Assembly (NCBI GenBank): GCA_977017575.1
Contig: CDRNVI010000006.1
Span: forward strand, 216,444 to 280,443
DNA from: Paramoeba atlantica
Taxonomy: Eukaryota > Protista > Discosea
Direction: 5' to 3'
DNA length: 64,000 nt
A program made the translations under genes and the position numbers. Numbering within the stretch: the first letter of the stretch is position 1; every line of letters begins with the position of its first letter. This document shows, piece by piece, positions 43,395-55,547 of this stretch. Under the pieces are notes generated by a model. It did no database searches. It was not told the DNA's origin and saw nothing but the letters and a program-made list of their open reading frames with translations.

Positions 43395-44198
43395 CAGTCC
43401 AGCTCTTGTCTCCACCCCAGGCTCCAGAGCGCATCGTAAGAGCTTTTGACCTAATTCCTTCGGCATTCAACAGATCTCGAAAAGCTAGTGCGTTTCCCAC
43501 CGTTGCTTTGCCTATCACCCCCCCCCCTTGGGTCCTAGGTGGTCGTGGTGAAAGTTGGGAAATTTCCCCCAATTTTGATTTTTGAAGGGGGGTAAAAAAA
43601 TAAGAAATGAGTATAAATTCCTATACACTAGTACCCACAATGGTCTCCTTGAACGCGCTGCACAATGCGCAAGCGTTTAGGAACAGAATTTATACAATTT
43701 AAAACTTGGCGTCGATAAGGATGACGCTTAAGCATCGCAAAGGCTTTCTTTATTGCCTTTCGGAGCTGTTTTTTTGGCCAACGCATGATTACTAAGCCCC
43801 TTTTTACATTGGTGGACAATTTCAAGACCCTCTGGGAGGGTACATCGCACTATTTTATGAGTGATTGGGGGTGTTTTGTTTTTGGGAGAGTTGGCATACT
43901 GTCCTTGTGTAGATTTAACGGGAGTATCCCGCAAATTCATTGAAAGAGAAACTATTTAAAGATTTATAAAGATAAAAGCTTTGAAAAATTGGAAAAAATG
44001 GATTTTCTTTGTAAATTATGAAAAAAACACCTATTTTTTCGTGTATTTTTTGGCTATGATGTGCATAGGGGTCGGTATGGTCAAAAAGACGGCGGTAAAC
44101 GCTCTAGTTTTTCGAGATATGTTAAATGTCGAAGGAATTAGGTCAAAAGCTCTTACGGTGCGCTCTGGAGCCTGGGGGGGAAGCCAAGAGCTGGACTG
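43395..44198 (-). mobile_element. Internally deleted Tc1-like element related to the 62086-63809 family
   Basis: TA|CAGTCCAGCTCTTG, ~115-bp TIRs; N-terminal PPITHK...HQCKKGLS joined to C-terminal AIKKAF...GDHCGY. Confidence 0.8.
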
Positions 44199-44759
44199 TA
44201 GACTCCTCTAAATACATGTACGAGTCCACCGTTCATGTAGGAGTCCTCCGAATTTGGACATTTGGACTCTTATATAGAGGGGACAGGTTACGAGAACGTT
44301 GCTGTGTGGCCAAATAAAGGAGGTGCATAAGCAAAGAAATGATCACTCGTTTGAAAGTGGAAACTTACTTTCTCCTTCCCATCCTAGCGTTGCCCCGGTA
44401 CCTACCTCCCTTATTAGCGTTGCTTTTGGGGCTTTGACTCCTCCCGCAAAGCGGTTCATTTTCTACACCCTCTCTTATCGTTGCTTTTTACTAGAACTCG
44501 GCAACGCTGGGATAAGGGAGCGACTAATTGGATTTAAAAAATTCTTTAAATACAGGTTCTAACAACTGTATCTAAAAAACACTTTTAAATTTTTTTCATT
44601 TATATTTCTTCACCAGTCTACTGAACATCTATACCTTGATAACATACCGGGGGGGGGGTATGTTAGCCTGAATGTGGTTTAGTTACTGGAGTTACCACGT
44701 CGTATTACCTCACGTTTTGTAAACTGTATAGCTCTTATATACCAATTTGTTACAGCTTC

Positions 44760-47624
44760 ATGGGTCAAGAACCGAGCACGTATCCTGTGAGAAGTGACAG
44801 TGAGAGTTCCTTTGAGGAGGAACCCGAGGGTGACGATCTCTACGCAGAAGAGATGCTTTTCCAAGATTATGAATCACATTCAGACTCTGATTTATCGTCG
44901 GAAAATACCAGTGATGCGAATTTTATTGATTCCAACACCGATATTTCGAGTGCCGATCAAGAAGCAGCGCAATCATATATTGATGATATATTGAATAGAC
45001 GTGTCAACGATCGTATTATCCCGTCTTTGGAAGAGAACACTTTGGGTGCAGATTTGGTGTCAGAGCCTGTAAGTGAATCAGAAGAAGAAGGTATAGACGG
45101 AGTTGGTCTTTTCGATGCAAATATTGAGTCTTTAGAACACAGAAAGAAGTATAGAAGGCAAAGGGACAGTAAAGGGATTGTCGGTAAGCTACGAAACAAT
45201 AAGGCTTCGCGGGGAGTTCAACTTGAAAATCCATCAAAAAAATCCCAGGAAGGCGAATGGGAAGAAAACTTTAGGCGCCACGTCGAAGACGACAATGCTT
45301 CGGATGATTTTGACTGGACTACGATTAGAACGAATCTCTCGGAGTGGGTGCAAGATCTTCGCGTTCGTCAATGTATTAAGTATGCCGTGAAAAACATTCT
45401 TTGGTACCATCGCAACGGGGATGTGCATATCTACCGCCAAAAATTACAGAGCATGGCCAGAGAGAATCGTCAGAGCCTTGAAGTAGAATTCCTACATCTC
45501 TGCAGCTCTCACAAAGCAGTGATAGGAAAATGGTTGGCGGATGTACCTGCGGATATATTGCCTTTGCTCCACGATTCTGTTTCTGATCTGATGGCTGTCA
45601 TGTTTCCTTTGTATTCTGGCAGAAGACCTTCCACATACGTACGGATCGTTGGCGTAATGGTAAAGGATTCAATTCGTGAGTTGCGTAGTGTTCAACTTCG
45701 AAGCTTCGTGCATGTTGATGGCGTGATAGTCCGGCGTTCAGTGGTGTTCAAACAGCTTTTAAGCGCCATATTTGAGTGTGGAATATGTGGAATGGCTGTC
45801 GGACCCTTGGTCCAAAATGGCCCAAAAGAGGTTCGTCCAGTTGCGTGCACACACTGCCAAAGCCGAGGTCCTTTCAAATTAAACACTGTACAGAGTACAT
45901 ATAAGAACCACCAAATCATGGCCCTGCAAGAAAGTCCCGGATCGGTCCCAGCAGGGAGACTTCCTCGAACTATTGAGCTTAGCGTTACTGAAGACTTGGT
46001 GGACACAGCGAAGCCAGGTGACGACGTACTCGTTGTTGGGATTTTTAAGCATAGCTATGACCCGGTTCTTCATCACAAACAAGGATTCCCTGTTTTTCTC
46101 ACAACAATTGATGTGAACAACATTACCCAAAGCCGTGCAGAGTTTAGTGGCGAAGTGCTTGATGATGAACAAGAACTTATTCGACGACTTTCGAATCATC
46201 CTGACGTTAAGCATAAGTTACTTCGCAGCGTGGCTCCATCAATACACGGACATTCTGATGTTAAACTTGGATTATTGTTGTCCCTTCTAGGGGGAGTTCC
46301 GAAACATCGCACAGGACATCGCATACGAGGCGATCTAAATGTGCTTTTGTTGGGTGATCCAGGTACAGGCAAGTCACAATTTTTAAAATGGGTGGAGCGG
46401 ACCTCACATCGCGCTGTTTTTACTACCGGAAAAGGTTCTAGTGCAGTGGGACTTACTGCAGCCGTTCACCGTGACGTGGTTTCAGGAGAATACGTACTTG
46501 AAGGGGGCGCAATGGTTATCGCCGATCGCGGCGTTTGCCTTATCGATGAGTTTGATAAAATGAACGATCACGATCGCACCTCTATTCATGAAGCAATGGA
46601 GCAGCAGACGATCTCAGTTGCACGGGCAGGTATTGTGACAACTCTTTCTGCACGATGTACAGTCATTGCTGCTGCGAATCCGATAACAGGCAGGTATGAC
46701 AGTAGTACATCGTTGAACGAAAACGTGCAGCTAACAAAACCTATTCTCTCTCGATTTGATCTAATATTCATCATTTGTGATGAGCCTTCCGTCGAGCAGG
46801 ATTGCATGTTAGGAAAATTTGTTACGTCTTCTCATCGTATGAATCATCCATCTGCTTCTGAGGAAATGCACACAGACCCTACCGACGGCGACGATCGAGT
46901 GACCTTTGCGAACGGAAGTCCACAAAACCAGGATAGCACTACTCTACTCACACGTGAAACAGATCTTTGTGAAGATAGCAACCCTTCTACGTCACTTCCT
47001 CTTCGTCAGAGTCTTTTAAAACAATACATATATTATGCGCGCACAAAATGTCATCCTCGAATCGTACATACGGACCCTCACCGTATTCCTCATCTTTTCG
47101 CAGAGCTTCGCCAGGAAAGTTCCATTACAATTCGAGAATTGGAAAGCGTTCTTCGGCTTGCAGAGGCTCACGCAAGGATTTTCTTGAGGGAGTTTGTTCT
47201 TGAGGAAGACTTTAATGCTGCCATTGGTCTTTTTTTAAGATGCTACTTACGAAGGCACAAACTGGGAGAACAAAGCCACCTTTTCGCGAAATTTAGAAAA
47301 TATATGGTTAGCGACGATAAGCGCTGGATTCCACTAGTTGAAACGCGTCTCCGAGATATGATAAGTCGTGAAGCTGCTGAAAATGGAATAGATCTTAATA
47401 AACAACGGTTTTGGGAGGCAAGGAAAAGGGCTACTAAGCTTCAGAAAGATCGCATGGAAAGTGAACATGGACGTATTACAATCCCATTTCACAGGTTAGC
47501 GGAAGTTATCAGTCGAGACAATGTTTCTGTGGCAACGTTACGTAGTATTCTGCAAAGAGGATCTCTTCTGAACTCCAAGGTAAGTTTGATAGGAAACAGC
47601 ATCGTATATAATATGGATTCATAA
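44760..47624 (+). CDS. MCM2: DNA replication licensing factor MCM2
   Basis: Acidic N-terminus, C4 Zn finger (CGIC...CTHC), GDPGTGKSQ, IDEFDKM, SRFD, TIRELES. Confidence 0.93.
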   Translation: MGQEPSTYPVRSDSESSFEEEPEGDDLYAEEMLFQDYESHSDSDLSSENTSDANFIDSNTDISSADQEAAQSYIDDILNRRVNDRIIPSLEENTLGADLVSEPVSESEEEGIDGVGLFDANIESLEHRKKYRRQRDSKGIVGKLRNNKASRGVQLENPSKKSQEGEWEENFRRHVEDDNASDDFDWTTIRTNLSEWVQDLRVRQCIKYAVKNILWYHRNGDVHIYRQKLQSMARENRQSLEVEFLHLCSSHKAVIGKWLADVPADILPLLHDSVSDLMAVMFPLYSGRRPSTYVRIVGVMVKDSIRELRSVQLRSFVHVDGVIVRRSVVFKQLLSAIFECGICGMAVGPLVQNGPKEVRPVACTHCQSRGPFKLNTVQSTYKNHQIMALQESPGSVPAGRLPRTIELSVTEDLVDTAKPGDDVLVVGIFKHSYDPVLHHKQGFPVFLTTIDVNNITQSRAEFSGEVLDDEQELIRRLSNHPDVKHKLLRSVAPSIHGHSDVKLGLLLSLLGGVPKHRTGHRIRGDLNVLLLGDPGTGKSQFLKWVERTSHRAVFTTGKGSSAVGLTAAVHRDVVSGEYVLEGGAMVIADRGVCLIDEFDKMNDHDRTSIHEAMEQQTISVARAGIVTTLSARCTVIAAANPITGRYDSSTSLNENVQLTKPILSRFDLIFIICDEPSVEQDCMLGKFVTSSHRMNHPSASEEMHTDPTDGDDRVTFANGSPQNQDSTTLLTRETDLCEDSNPSTSLPLRQSLLKQYIYYARTKCHPRIVHTDPHRIPHLFAELRQESSITIRELESVLRLAEAHARIFLREFVLEEDFNAAIGLFLRCYLRRHKLGEQSHLFAKFRKYMVSDDKRWIPLVETRLRDMISREAAENGIDLNKQRFWEARKRATKLQKDRMESEHGRITIPFHRLAEVISRDNVSVATLRSILQRGSLLNSKVSLIGNSIVYNMDS

Positions 47625-47886
47625 AAAATGGCCATTGATTCTTTTCAGCGTATCTGTGTTATCCTGTTAAAAAATATTTCGTTACGTATTACGCAGCAAA
47701 AAATGTTAGCTCAAAACTAAAGGAAAAAATATTATTTGCTTCATCAGGAAACAAGTGAAAAAGATTTTTTTTATTAGTTTATTTCGTTACAAATCTATGT
47801 GATCGCCATTTCAAGTCTTAATGCATGGGTCAAAAAAGTGAGAAAGTGGGAAGCTGTTATACCACCTCTTTCTACCGCGCCAGGAG

Positions 47887-50800
47887 ATGCGATATGGAAT
47901 TGTAAAAGTCTCCGTCCCACTGTTTATCCGACTCAATATACGGAGCTATGTCGTACAGCCCACGAAGGGTAATCATTTGTTTTCATCCCAAGAAGTACGA
48001 GGCAATACTGTAACAGATGAAAAACGAAACGATAAAAGTACCCTTGCACCGTCTCCTTTCAAGAAAGGGAACATACAAATAAAGGATGTGTCAACTAGTA
48101 CTCCAGATCTCAGACGGAATCCAACTCAAAAGCTAACATGTCCACCGAGAGCTTACGTAGGTCAGGCCCATAGGCAACACGATTACACGTGTTCTATTCC
48201 TTTAGTGCAACAACCCGCTCTTTCCACCTCGAAAAATGGTGCTAAGCAGGACTACGGGTCTCGGAGAGCTCCTATTTTAAATGATAAACTCATTCGTATT
48301 GAACTTCGAATACTGGAGGACGACCTACATTTGGAGGATGTTTTTGGCTTTATGCCGAAAGAATGGTGTAACGAAGATGGGTCAAAGGAGAAGGAGGGTC
48401 GCATATTGAAATTCGTGCAAAAGGAATTCTGTTCAGTATGCCAGGAATCTTTGGACGTTATGAGTAAGACGCGGGTTACAAGTTTCTTCCAAAGACAAGA
48501 TAAGTCAGAGAGCATGTGCTCTGACAATATGAAAAACAATTTAAAGATTAAGAGTTTTGAGCATAAAACCCGCATTGGTGACGAATATATAAACTCGTGG
48601 TGGTATTGCGGAACGCTTCCAGATTTGTTAAACTGTGGTGATGCAATAGCAGTAGGCGTATCCCGGACCCAAAAAATAGCGGAAACCCTTTTCTATATGC
48701 ACTGTGAACGCTTATTGGATGCTTTTGGAAAAGAGATTTATTTAATGCCAACGACGCAAAGGAAGCATGCGTTAGCCCGTCGCGCACAAGGACTTTGGGC
48801 TCCGTTACCTGGAGAACGTGTGACTGACACACCTTCACGCAATAAATTACCAGATCCATTATATTGCTCAGAGTCATCAGGATGTTCTGGCGTAAAACCA
48901 TCACCCAAAAACGTCGTACACGTAATAGAAAATCCTACTCCCGCTTCTTCGAATCTTAATATTTCTGGCAGCAAATCGCGTGATCGCAGAGAAAGCATTC
49001 TTTGCGGACCATTCAATGAAGTTTATCCTCCGAGAATTGATGAGGTTATTTCATCCCAGTATAGTACGACTTCTTCTGTTCTTGACTTTTATGCATGTAG
49101 ACCTCGTGTCATTAAATATTATCGACGATATCGCATTGATTTAGAAGCGGCCACTAAGCACACCAAGCACGTTTCGGGGAATGACACGTATTGGGTCTGT
49201 CAAGCCGAGATTCCGGGATTTCAAGGACCATGTGGCCCTCTAAAAGGTGTCGGGGTGGCAGCTCGTGATAAGGATGCAGAAATCGCAATGTGTCAACACA
49301 TTGAGCATGTCATTGACTACTTCAATGTATGTATTTACAATGAAAATGCTCCTCAAGCTGAACATAGAAGAATGGCAGTGTTCTTTGGTCGATCTGCTCC
49401 GAAACTTGGAGACGCGATGAGTATGAAATATGATCCACCTCATCCATTCCGTGTCATTCGAGCACCGCATCAAAGTAAATGTAATGAAAATAGTCCGCCG
49501 CACTTATATACGGAAAATCACGTAGACGTGAGACGTCTAGATGGTTATGCAGAACGAAATATTAAGCAGTATTTGAAGCACATAGGGCAACTTGGAACAT
49601 TGGAGAATAAATCTTTTCCTCTTTATTTTTGGGGAAGATTTTCAAGACATTCGATATCGATACACGGCCATCAGGTAGAGGTTGATCGCGTTTTTCACAG
49701 GCGAATCTTGCATTTACCTCTCACTGGTGGGCTGCAGAGCTTTTTTGCAGTAGGTTCAGCTAGAAACAGTTACGACGCAGAGGTACTTTCTTTTATGCAT
49801 GCTTGTTCAATCCTCCATTTCTATGGCATATCACCTTCGTCTCGATGGATGCCTACAAAAAATCAAACATGCTCTGCAGTGAGTTTACCTGCTTACAGGC
49901 GGTTGGCAGATGGAACTGGCGTTCCCTGTGACTCATCTGCGAATATCTCATCTGATATTGAAAAAGGAGATGATACAAAAAATTTCCTTACTAGCAGAAA
50001 TATGTCTCGTAGCCAAAGTAATAGCGAATCCGACGGCAGTGATTTTCAGCGGAGAGCTACCGATTTTTCTTCTTTCAATGAGCCACAATACAGAATGACA
50101 AGGGACGGCTACATTGCAGTTAAAGTTGACCGCCTTGCGAGAGAAAGATGTTACCATGCTTTGCATAGCCCGGAGCTATTGTGCCTAAGAAGTAAAACTA
50201 GGGTAAAATCGTGGTGCTCTCGTTTAAGTTATCAAGTGCCGATACCGCAATACACGATAAAAGCCTTGCGGTGTGACGCGGAAAATGGAAAATACACCAT
50301 GTATAGCATAATAAGATGCGAACTAATTTTTTCTCTACCAAAGAACTTGAACCAGTTCGAGTCTTTGAAAGCTGTTGGTGAATCTATTGTACGTTCTCAC
50401 GCTGAGTATTGCGCCTTCATGCACATGGAACTCTTAATCGATGCGTTAGGATTGGCATTATACGATGATGAAAAGTTGCAAATCCAGCACTCGCAAACCG
50501 TTAAAAGTCGTAGACGATGGGCCATTTCAAGTACCCGTGAAACTTGTTTTGTTGAACAACTCAAGAAAGCACCTCGGCCACCGCCGCTGCGCCTTGTACA
50601 TCGTACGTTGCACGAAGGACGAGCCGTCCCTGATTTGACGGAGTGTGATCGGTCTGACATTCAAAAGTGTAAACCCATAATTATGACGACCAACATTCGA
50701 AATTTGAAGAGTATCCTGTTAGGGGAAAAAGGGCAAACCTCAATGCTTATGAATGAGGAGTTCAAAAGGTATATCGCTTCAATAGAGAGTCTTGGTCACT

Positions 50801-53800
50801 ATTTAAGAACAAAACACCCGGACTTTAATGTGTTATCGCTCATAAAAGGTCAAACTTCTAGTATAGGAAAATCAAATGTTGTTCTGCATGGCTGGTTACC
50901 TTCTCCCAGAGAAGAAGTTTTCACTCACATACATGTATATGGAATTGCTCCTGTTTCCCATATTCACCTTTGTCTTCTCCTGAATGCTGTTCAAGTCGTG
51001 GAGGCTGCCGGCGTTTCTCTTTCAGGTCCTCAAGCATACTCCACTACGCTTCAAGCAGAATCAAAAGCTTTAGATAAAGAACCACAAAACATAGTTCCAA
51101 TACGTATAGTATGCAGTTTTCAACATGAAATCAACGCCAACTGCGCCACAAGCACGAAGACGGAAGGCTCCAAGACCGGTGTTTCGGCACCGCTCCGACT
51201 CAATGCGAGTGGCCACGCTTCGGTGGCAACGGAGTGTCTATCAGTCAACAATATTCCTAATAGATTTCAAATGGAAGAAATTGGTTTCCCCCAAATGGTA
51301 GAGAGATGGCGATCTTACGTTGAGGAGTGTTCGAACTACGTTTTCAAATCAAGAAGACAAGAAAATGCTTGGCGTATGTCAAGTTTAAAACCACCCTATT
51401 GTGGAGACTATTTTCAGGATACTTCGCTTGACGCCGCGGAAAATAGTGACATTGAAGAGATTCATGCCCGTACCAATTTGTATAATTTCTGTACTCGGAA
51501 GGGATATCAATTTCCTAAAGTAGAAATTGAAAGTACGAATAGTTTCCACCTTGCATCAATGCAACTTCCTGGATATCCTGAATATACAGCCTTCGGATGT
51601 GACAAACGAATCGCCATTTCGAAACGAAAAGCAGCTGTACATGCTTTGGAAATACTTCGTCGAATTGATGATGAATTTCAGTGGAAAATCTATAATACAA
51701 TACCGAGTCACGTCACTGTAATCGAAGAGAACGTCAAACTGATGCGCTGTATCATTGATTTGTACGTAATTTGCCTGGATCTTCCTTTTTTAAAAACAAA
51801 AACAAGTTCGACGCAGCTGAGCTTTACGGGCACGACATCAAAGACATGCACAATGAGTCTAGTACATGGAGATTCTAAAAATGAAATCGTTTCTCAAGGT
51901 ACGCATGGGACTCTAAATGGGGCTTGTGACATCGCTGTACGGAAAATGTTTTCTGCTTTGAATGAAATGTCTTTGACGTTTCAATCGTTAGTAAGTATTT
52001 TGGAGTCGAATCCGCAACTACAACCCGAATACATACCTTCGGTAAATATAGCTTTATCTGAGACTGCAGTTTTGCTTGACCTTATCGATACGATAAGCAC
52101 TACAGAGAATAACTTCGATGAGATTGACGAGTCATCCGACACTGCGGATGATCCCGTCTCAGACCTTTTCAGCAGAGGTATTAAGTCGGATTCATGGAGC
52201 GGCGTACAGTACATTGGTAGAGTGTTCAATGCTAAACAAACGGGTACTATTCTCCCAATAAGCCAAATTAAAGAACGTATGCTTACTGTGCTACAACAAT
52301 ACTCGGTCATCATTATATGTGGTACTACTGGTTGTGGTAAAACTACTCAAATCCCCCAATACATTTTGAACAATAACCGTAGTGCTCGAGTTCTTGTGAC
52401 TCAACCTCGTAGGATAAGTGCTATTTCTATAGCTGAACGCGTTGCCTTTGAGCTCGGTGAGAGTCAAGTGGGTGGTAAAGTGGGGTACATGGTCCGCTTT
52501 GATGTCCGAAGGGGGGCATCACTTAACTTTTGTACTACGGGGATGCTATTGCGTTTAATGAACAACAACACCAAACTTGAGGGCGTTTCACATTTAATTA
52601 TTGATGAAGTTCATGAGAGAGACTTGAACACCGATTTGTTACTCATTTTTGTCCGCAGATTACGGATCCGTCGCCCAGATCTACGAGTAATAATAATGTC
52701 AGCGACGTTAAATGCGGAACAATTTAAAATTTATTTTGAAACTGCAGGCCACAGTTGTTTGGAAACAGGCGGTGCAGGTGTAGGTGCAGGTGTAGGTGTC
52801 AAGCATGTGCCTGTTCTACAAGTGGAAGGTAAGCTCTATCCTGTGAAAACACTGTTTTTAGAGGATATAGGACTCTTAGCGAAAGCGGACAATTTCACGT
52901 CTCCATCTCTGATTACTGCAGAAAAGGGTGTTCCACTGCGTGCTGAAACTCTTCTAGATTTTAGACTTCTATTATTCGTGTTGAAATATTCACTCGTACA
53001 TGATGATATCTACGGTCGCTGTGTACTTATATTTCTTCCGGGAATATCCGAAATTCGGTCTGTCTCTGAAGTTATTGGCTCAGTACCTGAATTTGAGACT
53101 TTTGTTCTACATAGTAGCGTCGCAAGTGCACAGCAAAGGCAATGTTTCTTACCTGTTTCTCAAAATAAGGTGAAAATTATTCTTGCTACGAATATTGCGG
53201 AGAGTGCTGTAACGCTTCCAGATGTAAAGGTCGTCATCGATTTCGGACGCAGCAAAGAATTAATTTTTCATAGGCACAAAGGAAATACAAGCATTGGTCA
53301 AAACGAATATATGACGTCATCTCAGCTCACTATACGTCTTGCTTCACAAGCCAATTGTGTTCAGCGCAAAGGACGTGCGGGACGCACGCAAGGAGGTATC
53401 TGCTACCGGATGTTTAGCTCGAAAGATTACGAAGCCATGGCTCCGTATAGGAAGGCAGAAATAGAGAATGTTTCCCTGGACTCTACGTTGCTTCAATTGC
53501 TCTCCATGAGGGACGTGAGAAAAGATCCGCGACGCTTCTTTGAAGAGGCCCTCATCCCACCTCCACCGCAAAACGTCGAATTGGCGCTAAAAAATTTAAG
53601 AAAATTGGATGCAATTACAGCCCAAGAAAACTTGACTGCATTGGGCCGTGCCATGAGTTTTTTTCCTGTGCGACCTTCTGTTGCAAAAGCGCTTGTGCTT
53701 GGATGTGCCCTTTGTTGCTTGGACACAGCATTGACACTAGCTGCTTTAGAGGAAGTTAAAAGTATATTTCGCGGAGAAGCGGAGGAAAATAAAGTTCAAG

Positions 53801-54648
53801 TCGATATTTTTATGAATCAAACAATGTCCGACCACCTTGCCCAGGTGAATGCATATAATCAGTGGGCATTTTTATCGATGCATGAAGCGAGCAAAGTTGC
53901 TCACTTTTTAGGCGAATCCAACCTCTGCCATAACTCACTCAAGTCTGTAGCCAAATGCAAGAAGCAGTACTATGGTATTCTTCAGAATATTGGATTAGTA
54001 CCTGCAGATGCGAGGCTTGCGTGTAATAACGAAGAAACGGCGTTCGTCGATACTGGGAAGCTATCGACTTACTCATTATCCGTCGGCATGGCCAAGAGTA
54101 TTTTGTGCACCATGCATGCACCACGAATTGCGTTATACCGAGGAAGCGGCGTGGGGCTACAAGCTACAGAGTGTCGAACAAAGATGGAAATCTTAATGCG
54201 CATTGGTCCTCAAAGTAGCGTTGTTCCGCATGTTTCTTCGCCATATTTTGTATACTCCGATGAACAACGTACCGCGAAACATCCGCCTACTCTAAATTGC
54301 GTTACAAGCATATCCATGTGGCACGTACTATTATTTGGAGTCGATCTGACTGACTTCGAGTATCGAAATGACCTTGGACTTTGCGTGATCGATAAGTGGC
54401 TCGTAGCACATATGGACGAAAGTACCTATAACAACGTTATAGTTCTAAAGAATTATATACAAAACGTTTTGCTTCAGGAGCTATTATGTTCAGCTGATGA
54501 AAATCAAGACGAGCAAGCCAAAGGCTTAATTAACTTTGTTTATCGACTAATTAACACACCTATCCCTGTACAAGCTACGAAGATCCCGTGGAAAGAGCGA
54601 GGTACACTTTCTATTCCTCATAATAATTTGACCATTCCTAATACATAA
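47887..54648 (+). CDS. REH2: Large DExH-box RNA helicase, kinetoplastid RNA editing helicase 2-like (2253 aa)
   Basis: GTTGCGKTTQIPQ, DEVHER, MSAT, TNIAESAVT, QRKGRAGR, HA2/OB-type tail; ~1450-aa N-terminus with several dsRBD-like segments. Size and layout fit REH2 (orthology inferred). Confidence 0.75.
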   Translation: MRYGIVKVSVPLFIRLNIRSYVVQPTKGNHLFSSQEVRGNTVTDEKRNDKSTLAPSPFKKGNIQIKDVSTSTPDLRRNPTQKLTCPPRAYVGQAHRQHDYTCSIPLVQQPALSTSKNGAKQDYGSRRAPILNDKLIRIELRILEDDLHLEDVFGFMPKEWCNEDGSKEKEGRILKFVQKEFCSVCQESLDVMSKTRVTSFFQRQDKSESMCSDNMKNNLKIKSFEHKTRIGDEYINSWWYCGTLPDLLNCGDAIAVGVSRTQKIAETLFYMHCERLLDAFGKEIYLMPTTQRKHALARRAQGLWAPLPGERVTDTPSRNKLPDPLYCSESSGCSGVKPSPKNVVHVIENPTPASSNLNISGSKSRDRRESILCGPFNEVYPPRIDEVISSQYSTTSSVLDFYACRPRVIKYYRRYRIDLEAATKHTKHVSGNDTYWVCQAEIPGFQGPCGPLKGVGVAARDKDAEIAMCQHIEHVIDYFNVCIYNENAPQAEHRRMAVFFGRSAPKLGDAMSMKYDPPHPFRVIRAPHQSKCNENSPPHLYTENHVDVRRLDGYAERNIKQYLKHIGQLGTLENKSFPLYFWGRFSRHSISIHGHQVEVDRVFHRRILHLPLTGGLQSFFAVGSARNSYDAEVLSFMHACSILHFYGISPSSRWMPTKNQTCSAVSLPAYRRLADGTGVPCDSSANISSDIEKGDDTKNFLTSRNMSRSQSNSESDGSDFQRRATDFSSFNEPQYRMTRDGYIAVKVDRLARERCYHALHSPELLCLRSKTRVKSWCSRLSYQVPIPQYTIKALRCDAENGKYTMYSIIRCELIFSLPKNLNQFESLKAVGESIVRSHAEYCAFMHMELLIDALGLALYDDEKLQIQHSQTVKSRRRWAISSTRETCFVEQLKKAPRPPPLRLVHRTLHEGRAVPDLTECDRSDIQKCKPIIMTTNIRNLKSILLGEKGQTSMLMNEEFKRYIASIESLGHYLRTKHPDFNVLSLIKGQTSSIGKSNVVLHGWLPSPREEVFTHIHVYGIAPVSHIHLCLLLNAVQVVEAAGVSLSGPQAYSTTLQAESKALDKEPQNIVPIRIVCSFQHEINANCATSTKTEGSKTGVSAPLRLNASGHASVATECLSVNNIPNRFQMEEIGFPQMVERWRSYVEECSNYVFKSRRQENAWRMSSLKPPYCGDYFQDTSLDAAENSDIEEIHARTNLYNFCTRKGYQFPKVEIESTNSFHLASMQLPGYPEYTAFGCDKRIAISKRKAAVHALEILRRIDDEFQWKIYNTIPSHVTVIEENVKLMRCIIDLYVICLDLPFLKTKTSSTQLSFTGTTSKTCTMSLVHGDSKNEIVSQGTHGTLNGACDIAVRKMFSALNEMSLTFQSLVSILESNPQLQPEYIPSVNIALSETAVLLDLIDTISTTENNFDEIDESSDTADDPVSDLFSRGIKSDSWSGVQYIGRVFNAKQTGTILPISQIKERMLTVLQQYSVIIICGTTGCGKTTQIPQYILNNNRSARVLVTQPRRISAISIAERVAFELGESQVGGKVGYMVRFDVRRGASLNFCTTGMLLRLMNNNTKLEGVSHLIIDEVHERDLNTDLLLIFVRRLRIRRPDLRVIIMSATLNAEQFKIYFETAGHSCLETGGAGVGAGVGVKHVPVLQVEGKLYPVKTLFLEDIGLLAKADNFTSPSLITAEKGVPLRAETLLDFRLLLFVLKYSLVHDDIYGRCVLIFLPGISEIRSVSEVIGSVPEFETFVLHSSVASAQQRQCFLPVSQNKVKIILATNIAESAVTLPDVKVVIDFGRSKELIFHRHKGNTSIGQNEYMTSSQLTIRLASQANCVQRKGRAGRTQGGICYRMFSSKDYEAMAPYRKAEIENVSLDSTLLQLLSMRDVRKDPRRFFEEALIPPPPQNVELALKNLRKLDAITAQENLTALGRAMSFFPVRPSVAKALVLGCALCCLDTALTLAALEEVKSIFRGEAEENKVQVDIFMNQTMSDHLAQVNAYNQWAFLSMHEASKVAHFLGESNLCHNSLKSVAKCKKQYYGILQNIGLVPADARLACNNEETAFVDTGKLSTYSLSVGMAKSILCTMHAPRIALYRGSGVGLQATECRTKMEILMRIGPQSSVVPHVSSPYFVYSDEQRTAKHPPTLNCVTSISMWHVLLFGVDLTDFEYRNDLGLCVIDKWLVAHMDESTYNNVIVLKNYIQNVLLQELLCSADENQDEQAKGLINFVYRLINTPIPVQATKIPWKERGTLSIPHNNLTIPNT

Positions 54649-55119
54649 TGTAAACATTGCGAGATTTGTTGATCTCATGGAAGGAGCCCGTTACATAGCT
54701 ACTGCGGTGGTCGTAAACTCGGTCAGATTCCGCCAATATTGCACACTTTCAAAAAAAATTGAAAATCAACTACTTCCTTCTCAGAAGCACATAAAATCAA
54801 CTGTCATGAAAATATCTCAAAACAGAAGTGTTGTACAGTCAGCAAAAAAACCGTTCGAATGTTTCGGTTTTTTTTCTTTTGTATAGAGCTATTGATTAAA
54901 TATCACCGTTGCGCTGGTAATGTGTGCTAGTAGTGTAGGCATGAGTGTCACCTAATAGTACCCGTAGATAGTTCACCTCAGTTCGTTCTACCAAAGAAAT
55001 AAGAATGAATATAAAAAAGTTTAGCATTCGAAAGGTTTTTTTGCCACCTATTATAGAGAAAATCTTGTCCCAAAAAATAGATGAAACGTAATCGCCCAAG
55101 AGAGATTATGCCCGTAAAA

Positions 55120-55547
55120 CTAGTATTTAGTATTCCCCCCACGAGCCTTCAGCACTGCCTTCATGCGGGCAGGCATACTGTCCACCTGGGCACGACATAC
55201 TGAGGGTGGTATGTTCGCCCATTCCATTTTTACCCTCTCCCACAACTCTCGGACCCCGCTTGGTGGATCATCGTGCGCTGCAAGGCGCCGCTTGAGTTCC
55301 CCCCAAACGTTTTCGATTGGATTTAAGTCAGGAGACTGCGGGGGTCACCGCATGACTTCAAACCCGGTACCCCGGAGGTGCCGTTGCGCACAATGGCTTG
55401 TGTGCTTGGGGTCATTATCTTGTTGGAAGATGACCATTGGGGGGTCTAGACCCATAGTTTCGAGGGAGGGGGCAAGATTCTCTTCAAGAATCTCGACGTA
55501 CTGTGTGGCGTTCAGGTTCCCTTGAACTAGACGCACATGCCCGGTGG
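55120..55547 (-). mobile_element. Tc1 (DD34E) pseudogene, 3' part
   Basis: GNLNATQYVEIL...FQQDNDPKHTS...R*PPQSPDLNPIENVW...ARGGNTKY; TGA at 55345-55347 replaces Trp. Confidence 0.85.
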